Shown here one piece after another: positions 20,977-30,357 of a stretch of DNA of 64,000 bases. How positions within the stretch are numbered: the stretch's first letter is position 1; each line of letters begins with the position of its first letter. Location: assembly GCA_963804995.1 (NCBI GenBank), contig CAWDSK010000003.1, forward strand, positions 192,001 to 256,000. Direction: 5' to 3'. The notes under the pieces were generated by a model that searched no databases, was not told the DNA's origin, and saw nothing but the letters and a program-made list of their open reading frames with translations. Source of the stretch: an uncultured Acidobacteriota bacterium. Lineage in GTDB: Bacteria > Acidobacteriota > Terriglobia > UBA7540. The translations under genes were made by a program, and so were the position numbers.

Positions 20977-22328
20977 GGTTGTGGCGCTCCTTCCCGGGAT
21001 GCTGGCGAGGTGTCGGCTTTCTCATTGGGCGTGATCTCAATGTCCGCGGGAGGTGGACCGAGACCCGCCAGCCAGGCGCCCAGGGCTTTGCGTTCCTCCT
21101 CTGTTCCAACGAAAGGAGGCATGAAACCCTTCAACTGGCTGAGGTGCACAAGCTGGTAGTCGATCATGGTCCAGCTCCATCCCTTTACAGCAAAGCGAAT
21201 GCTGTTGTAGCCATTCACCGTATGGCAGCTCGCGCATTGGACGCGGAAGATGTCTTCCCCAGCCTTCTCGAGCGCCTTGGGGTCCACCTCGTGGACGCGC
21301 ACCCAGAGCGCGGATTTCAGAATGCCATCCCGGCGAACGCGGTTGACATCCTCAGTGCGAAGTGTATTAGCGTACATGTAATCGTAAATGATGAAGGGTT
21401 TGCGGACGGCCTCGCGCACCCACTCCGTAACTCCGGTGGTGGAAAGTGCCATGACCGCGATCGCGAAAGCAAAGGTCAAATTGAAGTGGCGGGAATTCCG
21501 GTAAGCCCCAAAGTAAGTAAACAGAACCACCAGCCCCGAGAAAAAAACCGAGAGGCCGGCGAAGATGGTTACCGCCGGCGCCCCGCCCATCGAGATTTCC
21601 CGCGCCAGGACCGGCAGTGTGGAAATATACCAGAGGCCTCCCAGCGGGATCCCCAGCGTGCCCACCAGCACCCACTTGGCGGCGTAGTGGACGACCTCCG
21701 TGCGCAAGCCCACGTCACGCACCGCCGCCGCCGTCACCAGCGCATAAACGCCCGCCAGAGCCACGGAAACTGCGGTGCGCACCAGGCAAGACGGCCACAT
21801 GCCGGGATTAAAGAAGGCTGCGGCAAAGCTCGGCGCTTCGAGCCAACGGCCAGGCGTCAGCATGAAGGTCAGAATTCCATTGATGACGAACAGGCTCGCC
21901 CAAGCCGCCCCAAAGTAAATCCAGCCCACCAGCAAATGCGTGTCGGGGTCCAGACGGTCCCAACCATAGTAGTAAATGAAAGCCGCGGCGATTTCGACCA
22001 AGAAGAACACCCACTCAATCGCCCAACCCCACACGAAAACGTGGATGAGCGTAGCCGTGGCCTCCGGATTCACCAGGGCTATGGTCCACCAGATGCCCAC
22101 GCCACTCACCGCGCCGAAGACGAGCACGACCAGCACGAAGAACTTCGAGTGGGAGCGCACGTATTCGAGCAGCGCGGGATTGTTATCGCGATACGCCTTG
22201 CGTTCCGTCAACGGCAAGAAGAGGCCGCCACCGACCGCAAAATGAGAAACGAATACGTGCAGGATGGCGATGAAACCGATAATCACACCACCACCCAGCA
22301 AGGAAGGTTCCCAGACAGGGTAGTTCAT
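20973..22328 (-). CDS. cytochrome bd-type oxidase subunit I homolog fused to C-terminal cytochrome c
   Basis: LHVFVSHFAVGGG, WAIEWVFFLVE, EWVREAVRKPF, heme c motif CASCH and distal MPPF. Confidence 0.8.
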   Translation of the reverse strand: MNYPVWEPSLLGGGVIIGFIAILHVFVSHFAVGGGLFLPLTERKAYRDNNPALLEYVRSHSKFFVLVVLVFGAVSGVGIWWTIALVNPEATATLIHVFVWGWAIEWVFFLVEIAAAFIYYYGWDRLDPDTHLLVGWIYFGAAWASLFVINGILTFMLTPGRWLEAPSFAAAFFNPGMWPSCLVRTAVSVALAGVYALVTAAAVRDVGLRTEVVHYAAKWVLVGTLGIPLGGLWYISTLPVLAREISMGGAPAVTIFAGLSVFFSGLVVLFTYFGAYRNSRHFNLTFAFAIAVMALSTTGVTEWVREAVRKPFIIYDYMYANTLRTEDVNRVRRDGILKSALWVRVHEVDPKALEKAGEDIFRVQCASCHTVNGYNSIRFAVKGWSWTMIDYQLVHLSQLKGFMPPFVGTEEERKALGAWLAGLGPPPADIEITPNEKADTSPASREGAPQP

Positions 22329-22622
22329 GGTTGGACCGTGCGAGGTCGAGCGGGTCCCAGCCGAACGCGCTCATGTTAGTCCCGCAGGCATGGTTTTTCA
22401 AGGGGTAGCGCCGCGTTGGGTATAGAATACTATGCCTGCCGCCGGCGAAGCTGAAACTCAAGGGCGGAATACTCCGCCTATCTTAAACTTTAGTGAGTTT
22501 GCCGGTGTAAGCCAACTCATACAATGATTTCTCCATCCAACCAGGGAGTGAACGCCGGTTGGCAGACAGGCTGAAGCATCGTGTGAGCCGTCCAACGCCG
22601 CTTCCGAGCGGCCAATAAACCT

Positions 22623-23342
22623 ATGATGAAAGTCCTGATTGTGTGCTTGGCACTGGCTTTCACGGTACCGTGCTTGTACCCAATAGATCCGCCGGCCTCG
22701 GCAGGCTTAGCCGGCAAGTGGGTCTTGGATTTCTCCCAAACCAAAAATCCTCCGGCAGGTTTGCAGGATTACAGCATGGTCGTCGACCAAGACGCACAGC
22801 AAATCAAAGTCGAGACCACCCTGGTGGGCACACTGCAGGCGACTCCGGGCTCTGTCAGTCCAGGCGCTGGGATGGGCGGCGGTTCCGGCCGTGCAGCAGA
22901 CATGGGGATGGGCGGACGCCGGGGCATGGGAATGCCGCGCGGAGGTTCGGGAATGCCGGGAGGAGTGGGGGGCGGACCCCGCGGCGAAGGCCCGATGCAG
23001 GGCAACCTTGCGGCTTACCAGGTTTATCCCCAGAGCGTCGTTTACATGCTCGATGGCAGTGAAGCCCGCTCACAATTCTCTGACCCTGACGCGACCCAAG
23101 CTACCTCCAAAGTGGAGCGGACAGGGCACGACCAGATCCTCAGGGTCTCCTTGACGGGAAATAACGAATCGGCGGAGAAGACCGGTCGAATCAAAGTCAG
23201 CGACCAATGGCAACTCTCCGAAGATGGAAAATATCTGAAGCTCGATCGCACTATCAAGTCCCCGGAAGGCTCGGGAACTGTGCACATGGTATTCTGCCGA
23301 CCTGAGGAAAGGGCGGCCCGCGAGAAAGCCGACAGCCCCTAG
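22623..23342 (+). CDS. hypothetical exported protein with Gly/Met-rich insert
   Basis: Signal peptide; AGKWVLD...WQLSEDGKYLKL beta-rich pattern. Confidence 0.65.
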   Translation: MMKVLIVCLALAFTVPCLYPIDPPASAGLAGKWVLDFSQTKNPPAGLQDYSMVVDQDAQQIKVETTLVGTLQATPGSVSPGAGMGGGSGRAADMGMGGRRGMGMPRGGSGMPGGVGGGPRGEGPMQGNLAAYQVYPQSVVYMLDGSEARSQFSDPDATQATSKVERTGHDQILRVSLTGNNESAEKTGRIKVSDQWQLSEDGKYLKLDRTIKSPEGSGTVHMVFCRPEERAAREKADSP

Positions 23343-23575
23343 TGTGGTGTCCCGGTTAATATTTGACAAGGCTGTCCGACCCCCTCACCCCCCAGCCCCT
23401 CTCCCCCAAAGGGGCGAGGGGAGAGTTAATTCTCTTGCCCTCGCCCCTTTGGGGGAGAGGGTGGCTGGCCGAGGCGTTCTCATCAGCCGAGGCCAGAAGG
23501 GGGCCCCACGTTCTGCTTGTCGTGGGGGTGAGGGGGTTCTACCCTTGTCAACTCTAACTCGGGACACCACACTAG
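23339..23575. mobile_element. MITE with CTAG-TGTGGTGTCCCG terminal inverted repeats carrying a family A core
   Basis: CTAGTGTGGTGTCCCG...CGGGACACCACACTAG, perfect 16-bp inverted ends. Confidence 0.85.
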
Positions 23576-23631
23576 AACGGAATTCAGGTGGCGCGACAAA
23601 CAGAAATGCCGAACCGACAACGAGACAAACC

Positions 23632-24834
23632 ATGAAAAGGACCACCAAACCTCCGCGTGAATCCACCCAGCGCCCGCCCTGTGCCTGGCGCGCTTCGTAT
23701 CTCGCACTCGCCTTAACGTCCCTGCTGTTGGCAGGGTCGCAATCGAGCAGCCAACAGCCGACTGGGGCCACGCAGCAACCGCCCATTACCGTCCATGTCA
23801 AGGTGGTCAACGCGCTGGTCACCGTACGGGATAAGAAAGGAGCCATAGTCTCCAACTTGACCAAGGAAGATTTCGCGTTGGAGGACGACGGCCGTCCGCA
23901 AACCATTCGTTACTTCTCGAACGAGACGGATCTGCCGCTGACGCTGGGTCTGCTGGTCGATACCAGTATGAGCCAGCGACGCGTGCTTGGCGAAGAGCGC
24001 AGTGCCAGTTCCACTTTCCTCGATCAGGTGCTGCGCGTCGATAAAGACCAGGCGTTCGTGATTCACTTCGACCGCGAAGTGGAACTCCTTCAAGACCTCA
24101 CCTCGTCGCGGCAGAAGTTGCAGGCGGCCCTGGACCTGCTTCAGATGCCGCAGCGCTCCGAGGAAAATCGGGGCGATTCGCCTGATTCGGGATCGCAGGG
24201 CAACCCCGGTGGAGGCGGTGGCGGCGGACGTGGAGCAGGTGGACGTGGGGGCGGCTCACGTGGCGGGGGCACACTGCTCTATGACGCTGTTTACCTGGGG
24301 TCCAAAGACGTCATGGCGAAGCAGACGGGGCGCAAGGCTCTTATCGTTCTTTCCGATGGGGTCGACCGCGGCAGCAAGAAGACTCTGGCCAGCGCCATCG
24401 AGGCTGCGCAGCGTGCCGACACGCTGGTGTATTCCATTCTATTCCAGGCGGAGGAGCAGACGAGCGGTTACGGCCGTGGGGGGATGGGAGGAATGGGTGG
24501 TGGAATGGGCGGCAGAGGGGGTGGCATGGGTGGCGGGATGGGCGGTCGCCACGGCGGTGGCTACCCGCGATATCCCCAGGAATCGCGACCCGACGGCAAG
24601 AAGATCCTGGAGCGGCTTTCCAAAGAAACCGGGGGCCGCTTCTTCGAGGTTTCGAAAAAGCATCCCATCGACGCCACCTATGACCAAATCCAGGATGAAC
24701 TTCGCCATCAGTACAGCTTGGGCTATTCACCCAATCCACCCCACGACGAAGCCGGCTACCACAAAATAACGGTGACGGTTCCGAAGAAAGATGTGGTTGT
24801 GCAGACTAGGGATGGATATTATTCGGGGCAGTGA
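23632..24834 (+). CDS. VWA domain protein, Acidobacterial type
   Basis: VTVRDKKG, MIDAS DTSMS, TLLYDAV, LSDGVD, ELRHQYSLGY, TRDGYY; the ORF-track 5' extension is MITE-derived. Confidence 0.88.
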   Translation: MKRTTKPPRESTQRPPCAWRASYLALALTSLLLAGSQSSSQQPTGATQQPPITVHVKVVNALVTVRDKKGAIVSNLTKEDFALEDDGRPQTIRYFSNETDLPLTLGLLVDTSMSQRRVLGEERSASSTFLDQVLRVDKDQAFVIHFDREVELLQDLTSSRQKLQAALDLLQMPQRSEENRGDSPDSGSQGNPGGGGGGGRGAGGRGGGSRGGGTLLYDAVYLGSKDVMAKQTGRKALIVLSDGVDRGSKKTLASAIEAAQRADTLVYSILFQAEEQTSGYGRGGMGGMGGGMGGRGGGMGGGMGGRHGGGYPRYPQESRPDGKKILERLSKETGGRFFEVSKKHPIDATYDQIQDELRHQYSLGYSPNPPHDEAGYHKITVTVPKKDVVVQTRDGYYSGQ

Positions 24835-24975
24835 AGCTATCAGCTTTCAGCTCTCAGCTGTAAGCTTCGAGAAGTCAGCCTTCGGGTGTCGGATTCTGAA
24901 TGCGGCGCGTCACAACCGAAACCCCAAATTCGCCCTCGATCTGACGAGTTTCGAATTTCGTTCTTTCCCCAGCCC

Positions 24976-25186
24976 CTAGTGTGGTGTCCCGGTTAATATT
25001 TGACAAGGCTGTCCGACCCCCTCACCCCCCAGCCCCTCTCCCCCAAAGGGGCGAGGGGAGAGTTAATTCTCTTGCCCTCGCCCCTTTGGGGGAGAGGGTG
25101 GCTGGCCGAGGCGTTCTCATCAGCCGAGGCCAGACGGGTGAGGGGGTTCTACCCATTCTCAACTCTAACACGGGACACCACACTAG
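24976..25186. mobile_element. MITE, same family and orientation as 23339
   Basis: Same CTAG-bounded TIRs; internal sequence near-identical. Confidence 0.85.
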
Positions 25187-25220
25187 TACCCAGTCCCCGG
25201 CTTTCGCTGAGAACTGGCCG

Positions 25221-25730
25221 CTACAATTTCAGCAACAGGTGCTCGTCATCAAGATAGCGGTCGCCAACTTTCAGGGCGTGGGGCTCCATTCCGTATACCT
25301 CGAAACCAAGTGAGCCATACAGGGCCCGCGCCGCCACCAAGCCTTTCACCACGGTCAGCGTTACCTGTTCGACCCCCGGGCAGGCGCGAATCCTCTCCAG
25401 CAGCGCGACGAGCAGCGCCCGGCCCAACCCCTGCCCACGGCAATTGGTACTCACATACACCCCCCAGATTCTTCCCTTATGCCGAACCCTGGCGCCCGGA
25501 TAACGGTAGAATCCCGCCATACCTACCAGCTCGCCCGCTCGAAAGACCCCCATCACAAAGGCTTCGTCGGGATTTGCGCTCAGGCGTTCGGCGGCATCCT
25601 GGAGAGTGGTCTTCTTATGTTCCTCAGGGGTAGTAGCAAAGGATAGCGATTCGCGCTCCAGGCCCTCCAGCCGCAATTGCCAATAGGCGGCCGCATCCGC
25701 TGCAGTAAGAACTCGAGTCTCCACGTCCAT
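25221..25730 (-). CDS. GNAT N-acetyltransferase
   Basis: WGVYVSTNCRGQGLGRALL, ARALYGSLGF. Confidence 0.88.
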   Translation of the reverse strand: MDVETRVLTAADAAAYWQLRLEGLERESLSFATTPEEHKKTTLQDAAERLSANPDEAFVMGVFRAGELVGMAGFYRYPGARVRHKGRIWGVYVSTNCRGQGLGRALLVALLERIRACPGVEQVTLTVVKGLVAARALYGSLGFEVYGMEPHALKVGDRYLDDEHLLLKL

Positions 25731-25753
25731 CCTGATCGACCTTTCACGCCATC

Positions 25754-26517
25754 CTATTTCAAGGCGCGTTCAATCGCTGCGGCGGCGATGGGCGCCATGA
25801 GTTCGTATCCCTTATCATTCGGATGGAGCCCGTCGTTCGAGTAGCCATCGCGCAGCATGCCTTTATCATCCACCAGTGCCGAATAGTAGTCGGCGATTTC
25901 GCCATGGATGTCCGGGGCATAACTCTCCAGCCAGTGATTAAGGCTCATGATATCTGCCGGCGGCCGGCGCTCGGTTTGCTTGGCCTTGGTGTAGTCGCTG
26001 ACCGGGGTGAGCAGGCAGAGGATGACTTTGATGCCGTGGCTGGTAGCGAGGTCGCCCATGGCGCGGAAGTTGTCTTCCACCATCTCAGAGTCTCGGGGCC
26101 GGTGTTGCCGGCGATATCGTTGGTTCCAGCCAGAATGATAAGCGCCGACGGACGCAAATGGATCACATCAGGATACAATCGCGCCAGCATTTGAGGAGTG
26201 GTTTGCCCGCTGATGCCACGGTTCACATACGGCTTGCCGGGAAAGTATTTGGCGAGATCCCAGCCATCTGTAATGGAATCGCCCAGGAAGACGACGCGCC
26301 CTTTGACTTCTGGAGATTTCTCGAGGCGTACATCGTCATCGTGGTAGCGGCCCAGTTGGTTCCAGTCCTGGAGTTGGTCCGCCAGACGCGTCGCCAATGA
26401 CGGCAGACAACACGCCGCCTTGGGCGGATGGAAATCCTGAACCAATTGCGCCTGCGCCGCAAACGCCAGGCAAATGCTGAAGCACAGTCCGATAAGAACC
26501 TTCAGCGCTATTTTCAT
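25754..26517 (-). CDS. SGNH/GDSL hydrolase, one-base indel near 26087
   Basis: GDSIT, NRGISGQ, GTND in one frame; DGLHPN in the next. Confidence 0.85.
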
Positions 26518-26662
26518 TATGTCCTCCCTGCGTGGTGTTATACCTGAGCTTAGGGCAAGCCGTCAAAGAGATACATCGCGCCAAGACACTGCTTCCCTTC
26601 CCCTTGCCCCGTATGGCCGAACGCCATAAGATATCGTCCGCCGATACGCGGGAGTGTTACTT

Positions 26663-26687
26663 GTAGGGCCGAACGGCGTTCGGCCCT
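26663..26687 (+). repeat. GTAG-type REP hairpin
   Basis: GTAGGGCCGAACGGCGTTCGGCCCT; identical 23-mer inside hyuB. Confidence 0.75.
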
Positions 26688-26724
26688 GGGCCACCGTCAC
26701 CGCGGCTAATCAGGCTGCGGCGAA

Positions 26725-27009
26725 ACTCCCCTCCTCAGATGAGGAGGGGTGGCGCGCTGAGCGCCGGGGTGGTGCTGATAAGATAAACGGGTGCTGCCAA
26801 TCAATGTAGAGGCGGCGGCATTCATCCCGATCTGATCGGGACGCCGCCATATGGCGAGGTGAACTCGCCGCTGCGGCATCTTGACCCAGGTGGGATAACC
26901 ACCCCGTCGCCTTCGGCGCCACCCCTCCTGAATCAGGAGGGGAGTTCTTAAAAACACTCCCCTCCTCAGATGAGGAGGGGTGGCGCGCTGAGCGCCGGGG
27001 TGGTGCTGA
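26725..27009. repeat. REP-like family B cluster (3 copies) with nested GTAG doublet at 26806-26874
   Basis: Forward, inverted and forward copies; the inverted-to-forward junction matches 10601-10630. Confidence 0.85.
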
Positions 27010-27019
27010 CCGTGCCGCA

Positions 27020-27095
27020 GTAGCACAGCCACTCCTGGTTGTGTCATCAGGCTCGAACCTCGAGCCACCTTCACAGGCAGGAGTGCCTGTGCTAC
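27020..27095. repeat. GTAG REP doublet (GTAGCACAG...CTGTGCTAC)
   Basis: Two inverted hairpins, each starting GTAG. Confidence 0.7.
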
Positions 27096-27197
27096 CGTGC
27101 GGGCTCGGCGTCACAGAAATCAAGAGTTGCCCGGAGTATTTCCATTTCTGGTGGCGCGCATCCGCAGACGCCGACTCGTGCCCAAGGGAGAGAATGC

Positions 27198-29036
27198 ATG
27201 TTGCGAGCCAATCGAAAATGCAACCTGATCGGTCTGTTATTAGGAATCCTGATGCTGGGGGTAATGGGGATGTCAGCCGCTGACGAGAAACCGTCTTCAA
27301 ACGCCCCTCCGACTGTGCAAGAGGCTGTGGCGTTCATCAAAAGCGCAGAAGCCAGACTGCTCGAGCTCAATGTCCTGGCCGCCCGCGCCGATTGGGTAAA
27401 GGCCACCTACATTACCGACGACACCGAGATCCTGGCGGCGAAGGCCGACGAGCGCGCCATTTCCGCGCAGGTTGAGCTGGCGAAACAGGCCACGCGTTTC
27501 GACCACCTGAAGCTGCCCGCCGACGTTGCCCGCAAAATGCACCTGCTGAAAGTCGCACTGGTGCTCCCCACGCCCCGGGACCCGGCGCTGAGTTCAGAGC
27601 TCACCAACATCACGGCGCGCATGGAAGGTACCTATGGCAAGGGCAAGTGGTGCCCGCCCGGCAAGGACAAGTGTCTGGACATCGAAGACCTGGGCCGCCT
27701 CATGGGAGCGAGCCGGGATCCCAATGAACTGCGCGATGCCTGGGTGGGCTGGCACCAGATTTCCCGGCCCATGCGTCAGGATTTTGTACGCTTCGTCGAG
27801 CTCTCGAACCAGGGCGCGCGCGAACTGGGTTTCAAAGACACGGGCGCGCTGTGGCGATCGAAATACGATATGCCGCCAGACGACTTTGCCCGCGAACTCG
27901 ACCGGCTGTGGGAGCAGGTACGCCCGCTTTACTTGCAACTCCATGCCTACGTGCGCTGGAAGCTGCGCGAGAAATATGGCGACCAGGTGGTCCCCGCGAG
28001 CGGACCTATTCCCGCGCACCTATTGGGAAACATGTGGGCGCAAACCTGGGACTATACCTTTCCTCTGGTGGCGCCCGCGAACGCCGATCCGGGTTACGAC
28101 CTGACGGAAATCCTGAAGAGCCGCAATACGGACGCGCTCGGGATGGTGCGCTACGGCGAGCACTTCTTCACTTCCCTGGGCTTTCCGCCGCTGCCCCCCA
28201 CGTTCTGGGAACGCTCCATGTTCATCAAGCCGCGCGACCGCGAGGTGGTGTGCCATGCCAGCGCCTGGGATGTGGATTTTGAAGATGACCTGCGCGTGAA
28301 AATGTGCATCGATATCACCGCCGAGTATTTCTCCACAATCCATCACGAGCTCGGGCACAACTTTTATCAGCGCGCCTATAGCCATCAACCTTACCTCTTC
28401 CGTGAGAGCGCCAACGACGGCTTCCATGAGGCTATCGGCGACACCATCGCGCTCTCTATCACCCCGCCATACCTGGTGAAGCTGGGGCTGATCCCCAAGG
28501 CCCCCGATACCTCCAAAGACCTCGGCCTGCTCATCGAGAAGGCGCTTGAGAAAATCGCCTTCCTGCCCTTTGGATTGCTTATCGATCAATGGCGGTGGAA
28601 AGTCTTCTCGGGTGAGATTACGCCGCAGCAATACAACCGCGCCTGGTGGGATTTGCGATTGAAATACCAGGGTGTGGCCCCGCCCGTGCCCCGCAGCGAA
28701 GAGGACTTTGACCCCGGCGCCAAGTACCACGTGCCGGCCAATGTTCCTTACACGCGCTATTTCCTGGCAGACATCTTACAATTCCAATTCCATCGCGCCC
28801 TGGCGAACACCGCGGGCTGCACTGACCCGCTTAATCGCTGCTCGATTTACGAAAACAAGGAGGCCGGCGCGCGCCTGGCCAAGATGCTCGAAATGGGCCA
28901 GAGCCGTCCCTGGCCCGATGCCCTCGAAGCCATGACCGGCCAGCGTCAAATGGACGCCACAGCGATTCGCGATTACTTCGCGCCGCTCGAAAAGTGGTTG
29001 GAGGAGCAGAATCGGGGCAAGCCGGTGGGGTGGTGA
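27198..29036 (+). CDS. M2 family metallopeptidase (peptidyl-dipeptidase A, ACE-like)
   Basis: HLLGNMWAQTW, CHASAWD, HHELGH, HEAIGD, FDPGAKYHVP; signal peptide. Confidence 0.93.
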   Translation: MLRANRKCNLIGLLLGILMLGVMGMSAADEKPSSNAPPTVQEAVAFIKSAEARLLELNVLAARADWVKATYITDDTEILAAKADERAISAQVELAKQATRFDHLKLPADVARKMHLLKVALVLPTPRDPALSSELTNITARMEGTYGKGKWCPPGKDKCLDIEDLGRLMGASRDPNELRDAWVGWHQISRPMRQDFVRFVELSNQGARELGFKDTGALWRSKYDMPPDDFARELDRLWEQVRPLYLQLHAYVRWKLREKYGDQVVPASGPIPAHLLGNMWAQTWDYTFPLVAPANADPGYDLTEILKSRNTDALGMVRYGEHFFTSLGFPPLPPTFWERSMFIKPRDREVVCHASAWDVDFEDDLRVKMCIDITAEYFSTIHHELGHNFYQRAYSHQPYLFRESANDGFHEAIGDTIALSITPPYLVKLGLIPKAPDTSKDLGLLIEKALEKIAFLPFGLLIDQWRWKVFSGEITPQQYNRAWWDLRLKYQGVAPPVPRSEEDFDPGAKYHVPANVPYTRYFLADILQFQFHRALANTAGCTDPLNRCSIYENKEAGARLAKMLEMGQSRPWPDALEAMTGQRQMDATAIRDYFAPLEKWLEEQNRGKPVGW

Positions 29037-29061
29037 ACCGGAGGATCAAAGCACAAAAATC

Positions 29062-29164
29062 ACCACCAAGACACCAAGGCACCAAGAAACAACTCAAGGC
29101 TAGAAGCCGGATAAATTACTGGCCTCTAGCTGTGCTTTTCTTTGTGTCTTGGTGTCTTGGTGGT
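29062..29164. repeat. inverted octamer repeat (CACCAAGA / TCTTGGTG) between convergent genes, possible bidirectional terminator
   Basis: accaccaagacaccaaggcaccaag...ctttgtgtcttggtgtcttggtggt. Confidence 0.65.
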
Positions 29165-29174
29165 AGATCCCTGC

Positions 29175-30017
29175 CTATTTCTTCTCCAAGCTGCGGGCGC
29201 TATGGTCATGGGTGGGCTCAAGCCAGGCAACGTCTGCGCCACCCTCAGCAAAGCGCCGCAGACCGGCGTCTTTGATAGCAGCGTCGGGCACCTTGTGGAG
29301 CGGCGTGTAGCGGGGATGGTGGGATTCCTTGTAAGGATCGTTCCGCGCCGCATTGTAGCAACAGATCATCGACCAGCGCGGATTATCGGAATGGTTTTGG
29401 TCAGAACGATGCAGAAGGTTGCAGTGAAAGATCAGGGTGTCGCCCGGGTCCATCTCCACGTAAACCAATTCCTGTTTCTTTAGCACTTCGCGAACGCGTT
29501 CCATGTCGGCCCCGGCCTGTTGTCCGGTCAGAACGTGATTGATACGCCCCAGTTGGTGCGAGCCGCGAATGACCTGCACACAACCATTCTCCCGCGTGGC
29601 GGGATCGACAGCGATAAAGGCGCTACAAAGCAGCGGGAACAGGACCCCGTTCTCATACCAGTAGCCGTAGTCCTGATGCCAGGTCCAGGCGCCCCCCACC
29701 TTGGCATCCTTCATGACCATCTTGGAATGGTAGTGGTACACCTCGCCGCCGAGCAGCTTTTCCGCCGAGTTCACGATGGATTCCGAGCGCGCGAACATGC
29801 CGTAGAGCGAGTCACCGGGATGGTTCCACAGTGAGAGGCGCACCGTCCCGCCTTCGCCGTCTCCCCGGCCGAAGGAGTGCTGATCGAGCTCGCGGTCCTC
29901 TTTGGCAGCGCGCCGCAGCAGCCCGATTTCTTCATCATCAAACATCTTCCGGACCAGGACGAAGCCGTTTACTTCATATTCCTGAACCTCGCGATCGCTG
30001 ATGGGACCTTTGGCCAT
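29175..30017 (-). CDS. phytanoyl-CoA dioxygenase (PhyH) family Fe/2OG dioxygenase
   Basis: WHQDYGYW, GSH, LLHRS. Confidence 0.88.
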   Translation of the reverse strand: MAKGPISDREVQEYEVNGFVLVRKMFDDEEIGLLRRAAKEDRELDQHSFGRGDGEGGTVRLSLWNHPGDSLYGMFARSESIVNSAEKLLGGEVYHYHSKMVMKDAKVGGAWTWHQDYGYWYENGVLFPLLCSAFIAVDPATRENGCVQVIRGSHQLGRINHVLTGQQAGADMERVREVLKKQELVYVEMDPGDTLIFHCNLLHRSDQNHSDNPRWSMICCYNAARNDPYKESHHPRYTPLHKVPDAAIKDAGLRRFAEGGADVAWLEPTHDHSARSLEKK

Positions 30018-30126
30018 GGGGTAGTCCTTTGGAGAAAAATGGATTGCTAAGCCTAGACCATCATTGTGGAGCCATTGCGAGCGGCGCGTCAATACCCGGC
30101 GCGGGGAAAAGATTGAGGCAGCCCAC

Positions 30127-30328
30127 CTAGTGTGGTGTGAGTTGCCAATGGGTAGACCCCCCTCACCCGTCTGGCCTCAGCTGATGAGAACGCCTCGGCC
30201 AGCCACCCTCTCCCCCAAAGGGGCGAGGGCAAGAAAATTAATTCTCCCCTCGCCCCTTTGGGGGAGAGGGGATGGGGGGTGAGGGGGTCGGACAACGTTG
30301 TCAAATATTAACCGGGACACCACACTTG
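30127..30328. mobile_element. MITE, third copy of the 23339 family, inverted and more degenerate
   Basis: ctagtgtggtgt...tcaaatattaaccgggacaccacacttg. Confidence 0.8.
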
Positions 30329-30357
30329 CTTCTCCCCGCGCCGTACCGGTCATGCCC

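Noticed and set aside
23344..23631. N-terminal extensions and small ORFs from repeats (MVSRLIFDKAV..., also 24981, 30177, 8504, 27039)
   Set aside because: They are translations of MITE/REP sequence; better starts lie downstream.
26725..27009. Family B clusters as mini-CRISPR
   Set aside because: Copies alternate in orientation, are ~55 bp and recur at dispersed intergenic sites.
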